Virus genome (UHGV): UHGV-0213391
Origin: a virus
Length of the DNA: 35,183 nt
Direction: 5' to 3' (one strand)
Shown here: positions 1 through 8,519 of the stretch, one piece after another
Layout of the letters: every line of letters starts with the position of its first letter
Position numbering within the stretch: the first letter of the stretch is position 1
Notes under the pieces: model-generated
The model's database searches: none
What the model was told of the DNA's origin: nothing
What the model saw: the letters and a program-made list of their open reading frames with translations, nothing else
Program-made: the position numbers and the translations under genes

Positions 1-6
1 ATTATC

Positions 7-411
7 ATGATGTATGATGTTGCCATGAAATATTTCTACTTCTGCGGGAATGTTGTCAAAGGCCCCATATCATTCAGGCAACTACAAATTTTAATTAAAA
101 ATCATGTCATAGGACCTGAAACATTAATTTGCGCAGAAGGAACAAATAAATGGTTCAAGGCTGATGAATTACTAAGGGAAAGCAATAAAACAACTTATTC
201 TACTAAGAAACTTCCAAATCGCAAAGAAAGTAATTCTTTTCTTTCCACAGTCCTTATATTTCTCGCAACCCTATCGATAGGAGGGGGCTTCATTATGGGG
301 ATTGTAAGTTTTGAAGCAGGATTAATTGGTATTGGAATGGGTTATATTCTGGGAGGTGCCGTAGTGGCTGTACTTTGGTACACGCTGTATATTTTACTTG
401 CCAAAAAATAA
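7..411 (+). CDS. Membrane protein with N-terminal GYF-like/DUF4339 domain and C-terminal TM segments
   Basis: N-terminus 'FYFCGNVVKGPISFRQLQILIKNHVIGPETLICAEGTNKWFKADEL' matches the DUF4339 pattern. The C-terminus is Gly-rich and hydrophobic. The region is AT-rich, unlike its neighbours. Confidence 0.45.
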   Translation: MMYDVAMKYFYFCGNVVKGPISFRQLQILIKNHVIGPETLICAEGTNKWFKADELLRESNKTTYSTKKLPNRKESNSFLSTVLIFLATLSIGGGFIMGIVSFEAGLIGIGMGYILGGAVVAVLWYTLYILLAKK

Positions 412-539
412 ATAAAGCCGGGAAAAGAGATTGTCAAAGACAAGCAAAAAAACAGTAGCCTGAAACACAGACAGAAGAATATTGTCAACAACCAACCAAA
501 TTCTCAAGCAGCAGGAACCATAACATTACCATAGATGAC

Positions 540-2690
540 TTGCTGGCTCTCAAGCCATCAAGCCTCACGCACGATCAACAGAGCTTCTCCACGTCCACCA
601 TTACAGCGGTTTACCCCGTCAGGATGCTTGGAGAAACTTTACCGTACAAGCAATTCGATACCGTCACCATCTCCCAAAACGGACAAGTCATCCTAGTGGG
701 GCTGGTGTCCAATATTGAAAAAGTATACAGCGGCAGCCAGCGGTCCTGGAGGATTGTTTTTTCCGACCCCTGGTATTACCTCGCTAATTGCTATGCCTTG
801 GAAAATGGATGGCGGCCGACGTTCGGGCTTTTCCCCCGTAAAGGCGTAGAGGGTATTATTCCCAAGGTCAACCTGAGCGGCGCTTTGTCCAGCGTGCTTG
901 ACATGGCAAAGCACCACCCAGCCAGCTATGAGCTGCGCATCAGAGACGACAAGCAGCTGATACCGTGGAATGCATCCTGCGACACTCTTCAAAGTCTGCT
1001 GCAGTCCATCCGGCGCTGGTCTCCGCGTATGGTCAGTTATTATGACTATACGGGAGAGAAACCGAAACTCATCATTACGGACTACGATTCTCTCGCCCCT
1101 ATTTCCCTGCCGCTGCAACCCTCCGCCACAGTCAAAAGCATAGACGTATCACTGTCACCGCGAGGCGACCTTGTTCCCCCCTGTGTTGCGATTGTGGCAG
1201 AATCTACCGGCAGTTCAGGCTATCGCGTCTCCTACCTTTCCAAGTACCCGTCGGACGGCGACCCTACGCTGCCGCATTCGATCGTCTATCGCGTCTCCTC
1301 TGACTTTTATTTCTCCAATTACAATGAGTCAGGCGGTTCCGCTTCCGAACCCCAGCCCGTAAAGACTTCCAGGTCCGGCAGCTTGGCTTATCAGAAGATG
1401 ATTGTCAAAGGGCGCCGCATTGACGCTGCGGACATGATCAACAGCTTTTGGGCACACCATTTCCCGTGGATGAAAGACATCCCGGCAGGGCAGCTTGTGA
1501 CCTATTCCGACCGGGTCGTCACTCCCAAGGCATGGGAAGGCACGGAAGAGGAAAAACCCAAGGGGTACGACACCACGGCAACCGCATACGAACTTACAGA
1601 CGGGCAGATTCACACAAAATCCCTGCGCCCTAAATGGTGCAATACCACCATCAAGCAGCGTCTAGCCATTCCGGAAAATGCCCCGGCCAAGTGGAGAGAA
1701 AAATTTAAGAACATCGGAGTAATTGGAGGAGGAGACACGCCTTGTTTCTGGCAGGAATTTTCCGTGGACCTGGTGACACTCGACCGCCCCAATGCTACCT
1801 ATCCGATTGACGGCATTTATAACGGCGAACAGCCGTCAAACGATGAAGACGGACCCTCTACCGGACCCAATGACGGAATACCTTATGCCGACATAGCAAG
1901 AACGGTGTGGGAATCCATGCAGGAACTTCCCTATGACGGGTCTATCTCCTTTGCGGCTCGCGGGGGGGCTCAATACTGGCAATACATGGGGCGCCGTGTT
2001 TCCTTGCTTGGCGGCAATCCGGAATGGGAAACTATCAATACCATGGTGCAGACCGTAAGCCGTGACTTGCAGACCAACGTTATTGAACTTTCCTACGGCT
2101 CTCCGTCTCAACTTGGAATCGAAGATTTACTTGAGCTTAATGAAGTGAATGTTATTTCAGATGCCTCTTCCGCGTTGGAAAACATGCAGGGAGCGCCGGA
2201 ACCAATTGACCTGACCTACGACCCCAAGCCGGAATCTCCGACCATTGGACAACAGATTACGACCGCCACCGGGTCTGAAGCTCCTGCGCCGGAATACGGC
2301 TTCCAGGTGCGCCTGACCAAGGACACAGAAGGAAACATCACCGATGCTCGCATCAAACCCGGCGCTCTCTACCTCAACGGCTCTCTCTTGGGATTCTACC
2401 CGACCGGAGACGGCGGCTCCGGCTCCTCCTGGGTGAAACTCCCGATGACCAGCGGGGAGGTCTGGATAAATGTCCACTTCGACCAGGACGCCAAGTTAAC
2501 CAGCGCGGAAATGTCAGGCATACCGGGAACGGTGTACCCGATCATGCTCGCCCAGGAAAAACCCGGCGTCAACTTTGACTATGCTTTTCAGGTTGCCGAC
2601 ATCAACGAAGACCAGGTCACGCAATACGCCCTGGGCATGATCCAGATCCCGGTCTTCGGAGGCACCTTCTACCCCTACGGACCAGCTTAG
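540..2690 (+). CDS. Large hypothetical protein (716 aa, TTG start in the ORF track; true start uncertain)
   Basis: Long uninterrupted ORF with coding-like composition and no recognisable catalytic motif. The ATG at 535 is in another frame. Confidence 0.5.
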   Translation: MLALKPSSLTHDQQSFSTSTITAVYPVRMLGETLPYKQFDTVTISQNGQVILVGLVSNIEKVYSGSQRSWRIVFSDPWYYLANCYALENGWRPTFGLFPRKGVEGIIPKVNLSGALSSVLDMAKHHPASYELRIRDDKQLIPWNASCDTLQSLLQSIRRWSPRMVSYYDYTGEKPKLIITDYDSLAPISLPLQPSATVKSIDVSLSPRGDLVPPCVAIVAESTGSSGYRVSYLSKYPSDGDPTLPHSIVYRVSSDFYFSNYNESGGSASEPQPVKTSRSGSLAYQKMIVKGRRIDAADMINSFWAHHFPWMKDIPAGQLVTYSDRVVTPKAWEGTEEEKPKGYDTTATAYELTDGQIHTKSLRPKWCNTTIKQRLAIPENAPAKWREKFKNIGVIGGGDTPCFWQEFSVDLVTLDRPNATYPIDGIYNGEQPSNDEDGPSTGPNDGIPYADIARTVWESMQELPYDGSISFAARGGAQYWQYMGRRVSLLGGNPEWETINTMVQTVSRDLQTNVIELSYGSPSQLGIEDLLELNEVNVISDASSALENMQGAPEPIDLTYDPKPESPTIGQQITTATGSEAPAPEYGFQVRLTKDTEGNITDARIKPGALYLNGSLLGFYPTGDGGSGSSWVKLPMTSGEVWINVHFDQDAKLTSAEMSGIPGTVYPIMLAQEKPGVNFDYAFQVADINEDQVTQYALGMIQIPVFGGTFYPYGPA

Positions 2691-2702
2691 CCAGACAATA
2701 CG

Positions 2703-3428
2703 ATGATCAGAATCTATCTATTCACCTATGCCGGAGACGCGGATGAGGCGCAAGCCTGCGTCCGGTGCGCCTTGGCAGCCCTCCCTGAAGCCGTCATTAC
2801 CGTGGCGGACGATGATGCCGACCCAGTACCGGAACGCACCAGAAAGGCGCTTCTGGCAGCCGGAGCACGGTATTGCCAAACCAGCTTCCCGCGCCACGGC
2901 AACCTGCGCGGCCCGGAATGCGTCCGGGGCATTATCTCCATGCTGGCCGGAGAAGCGGCGGACGATGACATCGTCGTCAAAATCGACTCGGATACGGCGC
3001 TGCTCAACGGAGCATGGATCAGGGACATGTCTGAAACGGGGGCGCACTGGTGCGCCTCGGGAGCAGATAGTCGGCAATTCTACGGTCTGTGTTATGCCAT
3101 GACCGGACTGGCCGCCAAACGAGCCGCGGAAGTGCTGATGCACGCAGATATGCCGGACAACGCTCCGGAGGATCTTACCATCGGGCACACGGTCATTGAA
3201 CTTTTTGGGGTCAGCAAGGGGAGAATTATCCCCCCCTGGACGCCCCAAAACAGGGCTGGCCGCTGGTCTGCATGGAACTGGTTCAGCATCTCGGTCGCCC
3301 CGGAAAAATATGTTGGGTTTGACGTTGTAACCGTGGGAAGCCCCCGTCCTCCCCATATTCCAAAAGCAAACCGGGTACGCGTCATGGATGCCTTATTCCG
3401 CTGCCGTTTTCACCAGAAAGAAAACTGA
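2703..3428 (+). CDS. Hypothetical protein with DxD motif (possible GT-A-like nucleotide-sugar transferase fold)
   Basis: 'DIVVKIDSDTALL' is a DxD-like motif in an alpha/beta-like context. ATG starts 13 nt after the previous stop. Co-oriented with the 716-aa gene and followed by a terminator. Confidence 0.45.
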   Translation: MIRIYLFTYAGDADEAQACVRCALAALPEAVITVADDDADPVPERTRKALLAAGARYCQTSFPRHGNLRGPECVRGIISMLAGEAADDDIVVKIDSDTALLNGAWIRDMSETGAHWCASGADSRQFYGLCYAMTGLAAKRAAEVLMHADMPDNAPEDLTIGHTVIELFGVSKGRIIPPWTPQNRAGRWSAWNWFSISVAPEKYVGFDVVTVGSPRPPHIPKANRVRVMDALFRCRFHQKEN

Positions 3429-3433
3429 TCATC

Positions 3434-3449
3434 TTGTTGATATCAACAA
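3434..3449. promoter_or_regulatory. Perfect 16-bp palindrome TTGTTGATATCAACAA immediately after the operon stop
   Basis: Read directly; followed by a ~45-bp AT-rich stretch. Confidence 0.4.
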
Positions 3450-3565
3450 CATGACCCTGAGGGTAGGAAAGGAACTGTACAAAAAGCTGAACATTATATT
3501 CATAAGTATATTTATAATCAATAAATATAATCCCTCCCTGTCCGCCAGTTTTTTATTTCGCTAGA

Positions 3566-3608
3566 GCACGGAAAGCCTGATTTTACAAGGTTTCCGTGCT
3601 TTTTTATT
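3566..3608 (+). terminator. Rho-independent terminator
   Basis: Stem GCACGGAAAGCC / GGTTTCCGTGC (11 of 12 bp) with an 11-nt loop, followed by TTTTTTATT. Confidence 0.7.
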
Positions 3609-3641
3609 ACGCTACATTACCACAGAAAACGGAATGCTTGC

Positions 3642-3678
3642 TGTACAAGTGGCTGTACAAGTTTTAAAAATTGTACAG
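3642..3678. repeat. Three TGTACA(A)G repeats overlapping the integrase start (candidate operator or arm-type sites)
   Basis: ctGTACAAGtggctGTACAAGttttaaaaattGTACAGttctATG. TGTACA is self-complementary. A fourth copy lies at about 3474. Confidence 0.4.
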
Positions 3679-3682
3679 TTCT

Positions 3683-4870
3683 ATGGCGGGGATTATCAAA
3701 AGAAGCAATAAATGGGTAGCCGTCTTCAAGACGCTGGACGGCAAAGAGGTCAGGAAAACCACTCGTATTGACGTGGTGCCAAAGGTTATTCCACCCGGGG
3801 CAAACAAAAGAGCGGTCATAGCGCAAAACGAGGCCAGGGCTCGCCTTATTGCCGAAGAGCTTGAGCATGGACACAAGACCGGCTTTGTTGACTCGCAGCG
3901 GCTCAAAGCTATCGCTGGCGGAGATGTTCAGGCGACCAGCCTTGGCAGAAAGGCCGTGAGCGTTGGAGCGTATCTCCATGAATGGCTGCAATCACGATCC
4001 GGTAAGATTCAGGCACACGAAAGAGACGGGAAGGCCATCAAGCAGTTTATTTTGTTCCTGGGAAATGATGGAGGGCAAGCCATAGCATCCATCAACAAAG
4101 ACACCGTGAGACGGTTTTCGGAGACAGAAATGGAGCGCGTGTCATCCGGTACAGTGTCAAGGTATCTCGAATCTCTTTCCTGCGCGTTCAATCAGGCTGT
4201 CGAAAAAGAATTGATCATCTCCAATCCTTTCAGGGGAGCCAGGCTGGACAAGAAAAAAAAGCAGGACGACAAACAGGAGCGCAGCGCGTTCACCGTGGAG
4301 GAAGTCAAAAGGCTTGTAGAAATTTTACCGGGTGAATGGCCGGACATGATACGGGTATGCCTTTATACGGGCGGCCAGCGTTTGGGCGATATTGCCACCC
4401 TCAGATGGGAGCAGATCAACCTTGACGGCGGCCTGATTGCCATGACCTCACAAAAGACCAAGCGGCGTATGAACAAGCCCATCATCGGGCCGCTGAAAGA
4501 GATTTTGGAAGAGAGGGAGAGATATTCCATCAATGAATTTGTGTTCCCTTTGGCCGCCATGAAACATGCACAAGGCGGCGGGAAGTCCAGCAAGCTCTCT
4601 CTTGAGTTTACCGGACTGCTGAAAAAACACGGCATCATTTCTTCCGGGGAAAGGAAAGGGAAGGGAGACAAGCGCGTGCTGTCTGAAAAAAGCTTTCACA
4701 GCCTGAGGGCGACCGCGGTAACGATTTTACGGTTGGCAGGGGTGCCGGCTGACTTGTGCCGATTCATCGTAGGACATGACTCTGAAGAGATTGAACGGGT
4801 GTATTTCCGGCCCGACTCGCAGGATGTCGTGCATGCAATAGAGGAAATATCCAGCAAGATTGTTTTGTAA
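3683..4870 (+). CDS. int: Tyrosine-type phage integrase
   Basis: The N-terminal arm-binding-like segment 'KRSNKWVAVFKTLDGKEVRKTTRI' matches phage integrases. The C-terminus 'HSLRATAVT...GHDSEEIERVYFR' carries the H-x-x-R ... Y catalytic signature. ATG at 3683; the ORF track's TTG is at 3671. Confidence 0.85.
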   Translation: MAGIIKRSNKWVAVFKTLDGKEVRKTTRIDVVPKVIPPGANKRAVIAQNEARARLIAEELEHGHKTGFVDSQRLKAIAGGDVQATSLGRKAVSVGAYLHEWLQSRSGKIQAHERDGKAIKQFILFLGNDGGQAIASINKDTVRRFSETEMERVSSGTVSRYLESLSCAFNQAVEKELIISNPFRGARLDKKKKQDDKQERSAFTVEEVKRLVEILPGEWPDMIRVCLYTGGQRLGDIATLRWEQINLDGGLIAMTSQKTKRRMNKPIIGPLKEILEERERYSINEFVFPLAAMKHAQGGGKSSKLSLEFTGLLKKHGIISSGERKGKGDKRVLSEKSFHSLRATAVTILRLAGVPADLCRFIVGHDSEEIERVYFRPDSQDVVHAIEEISSKIVL

Positions 4871-4973
4871 TCCTCTCGGGAGGAATTTGTCATCACGTGA
4901 ACGGATAATCGATGACACAACGTCTTACCGGAGTCACAAGACATCAAATCTCATGAAAAAACAGGAATTCCTA

Positions 4974-5072
4974 CCCCCCCCCCCCCCCACTTTTATCCCT
5001 TCAATTCCCACGGTGTGTGGTAGAAAAAAAAATAAAAAAAAAAAAAGGAATCCCCACCCCCCCCCCCCCCCC
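4974..5072. repeat. Homopolymer cluster: C15 (4974-4988), A9-T-A13 (5024-5046), C16 (5057-5072), with a GGAAT(T)CC..C-polyC direct repeat
   Basis: Read directly. Each C-run is preceded by GGAATTCCTAC or GGAATCCCCAC. Confidence 0.8.
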
Positions 5073-5137
5073 GTATTATAACGCTTTAAATGCTAGCGTG
5101 TTAGGAGAAAAAATATCAGCAAGAAAGGGTTACGTCC

Positions 5138-5284
5138 ATGTCAGGTAACGTGATGCTTGTGTTTTTCTTGCTGGCCGTTCTTTTCGGGGCCACTTGTTTC
5201 GGTCTCGGCATAGTGGAAGGTTGCCGGAGGACAATCAAAAAAATACTGAGGAATATTTCAAAGGGAGCGAGGGAAGGGGAATAA
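5138..5284 (+). CDS. Small hydrophobic protein (48 aa; one TM, basic C-terminus)
   Basis: AAAGGG sits 8 nt before the ATG. The sequence is MSGNVMLVFFLLAVLFGATCFGLGIVEGCRRTIKKILRNISKGAREGE. Its stop abuts the stop of the convergent repressor gene (TAA TTA). Confidence 0.3.
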   Translation: MSGNVMLVFFLLAVLFGATCFGLGIVEGCRRTIKKILRNISKGAREGE

Positions 5285-5662
5285 TTATTCCTCTTTGTCT
5301 TTCTCCTCCTGAAGCCGTTTGAGAAGCAGTTCTTTATTGTCTCCCGCATATTCCAATACGTAAATAATCCAGTCTACGATATTCATACCGCAGGATTTCG
5401 CATACTTGTTGAATTCGAGGAATTTATCAGGTGAAACCTTGAGGTTAATGTCGAAATCAGGAATAGATACTTGGCTATCGCCTGAAGGCTTGGGTTGGCT
5501 CATTAGGTTGTCGATAATGATCATTGCCTTTTTAGGGATGGTGCGGCTTTTTGAAAACCAGTTGTTGACTACTAGGTATTTCACGCCGCACTGATCTGCC
5601 AGCCATTGCCGAGTTTTCCCAATTTCTTTAAGCCATTGATCTATCTCTTCTTTCGTGTGCAT
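5285..5662 (-). CDS. CI-like HTH (XRE-family) transcriptional repressor
   Basis: 'IGKTRQWLADQCGVKYLVVNNWFSKSRTIPKK' fits a helix-turn-helix. It is transcribed divergently from the early operon, is AT-rich, and the intergenic region carries an operator-like inverted repeat. Confidence 0.6.
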   Translation of the reverse strand: MHTKEEIDQWLKEIGKTRQWLADQCGVKYLVVNNWFSKSRTIPKKAMIIIDNLMSQPKPSGDSQVSIPDFDINLKVSPDKFLEFNKYAKSCGMNIVDWIIYVLEYAGDNKELLLKRLQEEKDKEE

Positions 5663-5793
5663 GACGATGTAATATCATCGTTTAATGACACGAGCAAGCG
5701 AAAAAAAACAATCATACAGTGATATTTTTGTCTTGCTATATAATCAAACAGTGGTAAACATAGGGCATCAACCAACCAAATCATCACAGACCC
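5663..5793. promoter_or_regulatory. Divergent early promoter/operator region
   Basis: Inverted repeat ACGATG-N6-CATCGT at 5664-5681 abuts the repressor start. An extended -10 (TGCTATATAAT, 5734-5744) faces rightward toward 5794. Confidence 0.45.
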
Positions 5794-6036
5794 ATGATAG
5801 ACAACATCCAGATACCAATCCGCAAACTTGCTGAGTCTCCCAAGGCCAGCGAATCAGTAATGACCATCTCAGCCAGGGATAACTTGCCGCTGAGTGATGC
5901 CATTATTCAGACTCTTCGGGTTTTGGCTCATGACGCAACTGACAGCAAGACGAAGCCGAAGAAATCTCAAGCCGCCAACCAGCAACCAGCGCCATCATGT
6001 ACAAAGAATACCCAACAGAAGGAGGTGAAGAAGTGA
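5794..6036 (+). CDS. Hypothetical early protein (80 aa)
   Basis: First ORF of the rightward early operon; no recognisable motif. Confidence 0.4.
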   Translation: MIDNIQIPIRKLAESPKASESVMTISARDNLPLSDAIIQTLRVLAHDATDSKTKPKKSQAANQQPAPSCTKNTQQKEVKK

Positions 6037-6308
6037 AAGCTCTGTTTGCCCTAGTCTTGTCCGGGCTTGTTCTGTGCGGCTGTAATCCGCGCCCTTATGA
6101 CTATATTTCAAAAGGGCAAAGGGAATGGATTATTAAGATCGAACAGCCAGGTCTTCGCGATATTTCTTTTTCCACTAACGACCCTGACAGCGTGCAGACA
6201 ATAAAAGAATATAAAAGTGATATTTATGGCTATCTGGTCACTAAGCCGGACGGAGAACAACTCTTTGTATCCGGCACAGCGAGAATAACACGAAAGGAGG
6301 TGAAATGA
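6036..6308 (+). CDS. Lipoprotein (signal peptide plus lipobox L-C-G-C)
   Basis: SD AAGGAGG lies 10 nt upstream of GTG 6036. The sequence 'VKALFALVLSGLVLCGCNP' is an n-region, h-region and lipobox Cys. Confidence 0.55.
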   Translation, partial: KALFALVLSGLVLCGCNPRPYDYISKGQREWIIKIEQPGLRDISFSTNDPDSVQTIKEYKSDIYGYLVTKPDGEQLFVSGTARITRKEVK

Positions 6309-6409
6309 TAACGGACTGGCAGTCTTTGATAGTCTGGGTTTTTATAACTAATTCTTTATCATTCATAATGAATCTTATTCAGTTTCTTGTAAATATAGAT
6401 AAAGACTAA
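6305..6409 (+). CDS. 34-aa hydrophobic peptide
   Basis: Strong SD AAGGAGGTGAAATG. The sequence is MITDWQSLIVWVFITNSLSFIMNLIQFLVNIDKD, and the region is AT-rich. Confidence 0.3.
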   Translation: MITDWQSLIVWVFITNSLSFIMNLIQFLVNIDKD

Positions 6410-6411
6410 CT

Positions 6412-6684
6412 ATGAACAAAGAACAAACAATAGTCAGCCTCCTCATTGAGCTGGACAGAATGCTCAAAGTCGAAACCCACGAGGACAGCTATCAAGGGTG
6501 CAGCGTTAATGCTTCTGAAGATAAAATTCTTCGGAAGAAATATGCTGGAGCAATTTACGCAGCCCGGCGTTTGTTAGGGTTGAGCCTTGAATGCAAACCC
6601 GGCGCATTATTGCCCTGCGAACCAGTAGACAAGTTTTCTGACTTGGTGAATAAATCCAAACCCTCCGAAGACGATGCTTGTTGA
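6412..6684 (+). CDS. Hypothetical protein (90 aa)
   Basis: ORF with ATG start, tightly packed in the early operon. Confidence 0.45.
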   Translation: MNKEQTIVSLLIELDRMLKVETHEDSYQGCSVNASEDKILRKKYAGAIYAARRLLGLSLECKPGALLPCEPVDKFSDLVNKSKPSEDDAC

Positions 6685-6862
6685 ATACGACGAAGAAGAC
6701 CGCTGCATCCGCGTGGATGATGTGGCCGTGAGTCACGCAGAAGCCGAACAGCTCATGAACGAATATGAAACCGCAGCCGCGGCCCTCGAAAACGCCCTGG
6801 TGCAGCACGAACGGGATCATGTCACCACGGACAACCCTGACGGACACAACGACGACTTTTAA
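6674..6862 (+). CDS. Small acidic hypothetical protein (62 aa)
   Basis: Its start overlaps the end of the previous ORF; composition is acidic. Confidence 0.35.
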   Translation: MLVEYDEEDRCIRVDDVAVSHAEAEQLMNEYETAAAALENALVQHERDHVTTDNPDGHNDDF

Positions 6863-6870
6863 CCAAAGCC

Positions 6871-7212
6871 ATGAACGGGAACGGAAAAACGATAGCCAGC
6901 CTTGCGGATGCCTTGGAAGTGCTGTCCGGAGTGCTGAGGGAATTGGCGGACGCTCCGGTTCCTTCCTCGGCTGAAGCGTCAAGCGTCGGAATGAATAATT
7001 TTGTTCCGGTAGATGAATTCGGAAGCGTGAAAGACTGCGCCGAACGGTTCCACTACTCCGTCAGTGGCATTACTCCTTATTTGGTGGAAGGGGTGAGGCT
7101 CGGGAAAATTACCAAGCTGACCCCCGTGAACAATCAACGGGGCAGGAAGGGCGAAGCACGCTTCAACATGCGCGAAGTCAGAGATTTTCTCTCCAACCAA
7201 TCAAAACAATGA
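6871..7212 (+). CDS. Excisionase/AlpA-like HTH_17 DNA-binding protein
   Basis: 'FVPVDEFGSVKDCAERFHYSVSGITPYLVEGVRLGKITKL...ARFNMREVRDFL' matches the MerR-like Xis fold pattern. Confidence 0.5.
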   Translation: MNGNGKTIASLADALEVLSGVLRELADAPVPSSAEASSVGMNNFVPVDEFGSVKDCAERFHYSVSGITPYLVEGVRLGKITKLTPVNNQRGRKGEARFNMREVRDFLSNQSKQ

Positions 7213-7592
7213 CCACACATCAACACATCATCGACCGGGGGCCCTACAAGGGCATGGTGGAAACACTCACCAACAACCCGCACCCCGCCAAAACGGCGCG
7301 CTGCTACATGTGCGCCGAACCGCTGAACGCCTCGTCTTCGTGGACATCCCTGGTAGGGGACCATCAGGACGGCGTCTTCTGCGCCCGCTATCTGTGTCGC
7401 CTGTGCGCCCGGGAGCGTCTCAACGGCATCCCTGACGAAGCGGAGCGCTGTTGGAACTACACCCAGGCCGCACAATCAAAAGACCTCCTCTCCAAAATCC
7501 TCGCTTACCTGATTTTGTGGTGTGGAGTAATTGCCGCTGGAGGAGGATTTTTATTCTTAATTTTCCTCCTGCTCAAAAATCTTTTTAACTAA
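7209..7592 (+). CDS. Cys-rich (zinc-finger-like) protein with C-terminal TM helix
   Basis: Several Cys (C-x2-C, C-x6-C, C-x2-C) between 'ARCYMCAEP' and 'ARYLCRLCARE'; the C-terminus is 'ILAYLILWCGVIAAGGGFLFLIFLLL'. Confidence 0.45.
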   Translation: MTTHQHIIDRGPYKGMVETLTNNPHPAKTARCYMCAEPLNASSSWTSLVGDHQDGVFCARYLCRLCARERLNGIPDEAERCWNYTQAAQSKDLLSKILAYLILWCGVIAAGGGFLFLIFLLLKNLFN

Positions 7593-7600
7593 AACAAATA

Positions 7601-7634
7601 GCCGGGGTCAGCGCCAACTGATCCCCGGCCTTGT
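7601..7634 (+). terminator. Possible terminator hairpin with a weak U-tract
   Basis: GCCGGGGTCAG...CTGATCCCCGGC is an imperfect stem, followed by CTTGTT. Confidence 0.35.
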
Positions 7635-7656
7635 TACACAGAACCATGCAAAGATT

Positions 7657-8514
7657 ATGAGTAACGCAAAACCTTATAAACCAAAATACGAGGACAGGCA
7701 AGGCCAGCAAACGGCCCTTACCCTGTCAACCCCGAAAGAGCTTGCCGGCTTTTTGATCAAGTCAAAAACCTCCATTGCCGCCGCGCTGCCGGCCCATCTC
7801 AACCCGGACCGCATGATTCGCCTCGCGGTGACTTGCTTTTCCCAAAATCCCGCCTTGCAACGTTGCTCTGCTGTGAGCATCTTTTCCAGCTTGCTCATTG
7901 CTTCCCAGCTTGGACTTGAGCCGGGAGTTGCCGGGCAGGGGTATCTTATCCCCTACAAGGGCAAATGCACCTTTGTTCCCGGCTGGCAGGGTCTTGTTGG
8001 GCTGCTCAATAACACGGGCAGGGCTACCGCCTGGACGGGTGTAGTTTACGAGGGCGACCATTTCCAGTTTGAACTTGGGGCATATCCCATCCTCCGCCAC
8101 GTTCCCGGCATCAACTACGGGGACGAGGACAAAATGACATGGGCCTATGCCTGCGCCCGGGTCAACGGTGCGGAAACCCCTGTCATTGAGGCGTGGCCCA
8201 TGGAGCGCATCTGGCGCCACCGCGACGCGCACAACGAAGTTGGAGAAAAGCACTACTCCTACAAAAACCCCGAAATGTACGCCCGGAAGGTAGTCCTGCT
8301 GCAAGTCCTCAAGTACATGCCGAAAAGCGTCGAAGTAGCAAACGCTATCGAAGTTTCCCACGCCGCGGAAACGGGGCGCATCGTCAAAATCGATGACGGC
8401 GTTGTCATTGACGGCGAAATCGTGCCGGAAGATGACCCCGGCATGGATGACTACCCGCTGGACCGTCAAGACCAGGCTCCCGCCTCTGAACCCTCCACCC
8501 CAAACCTCCTTTAA
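7657..8514 (+). CDS. recT: RecT-family single-strand annealing protein
   Basis: 'LIASQLGLEPGVAGQGYLIPYKGKCTFVPGWQG' is the RecT core motif; the length is about 285 aa. Confidence 0.85.
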   Translation: MSNAKPYKPKYEDRQGQQTALTLSTPKELAGFLIKSKTSIAAALPAHLNPDRMIRLAVTCFSQNPALQRCSAVSIFSSLLIASQLGLEPGVAGQGYLIPYKGKCTFVPGWQGLVGLLNNTGRATAWTGVVYEGDHFQFELGAYPILRHVPGINYGDEDKMTWAYACARVNGAETPVIEAWPMERIWRHRDAHNEVGEKHYSYKNPEMYARKVVLLQVLKYMPKSVEVANAIEVSHAAETGRIVKIDDGVVIDGEIVPEDDPGMDDYPLDRQDQAPASEPSTPNLL

Positions 8515-8519
8515 ACGCC

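Noticed and set aside
2718-3356. 212-aa minus-strand ORF and other overlapping ORFs in 2700-3400
   Set aside because: Antisense or alternate-frame to the 241-aa plus-strand gene, which has better start context and operon fit.
3430-3680. tRNA gene expected next to the integrase as attachment target
   Set aside because: No cloverleaf-compatible sequence or T-loop consensus is evident in 3430-3680 or anywhere else in the window.
4860-5081. 73-aa plus-strand ORF spanning the homopolymer tracts
   Set aside because: Translation is dominated by poly-Pro and poly-Lys from the C and A runs; it is treated as a repeat feature, though frame-variable expression cannot be excluded.
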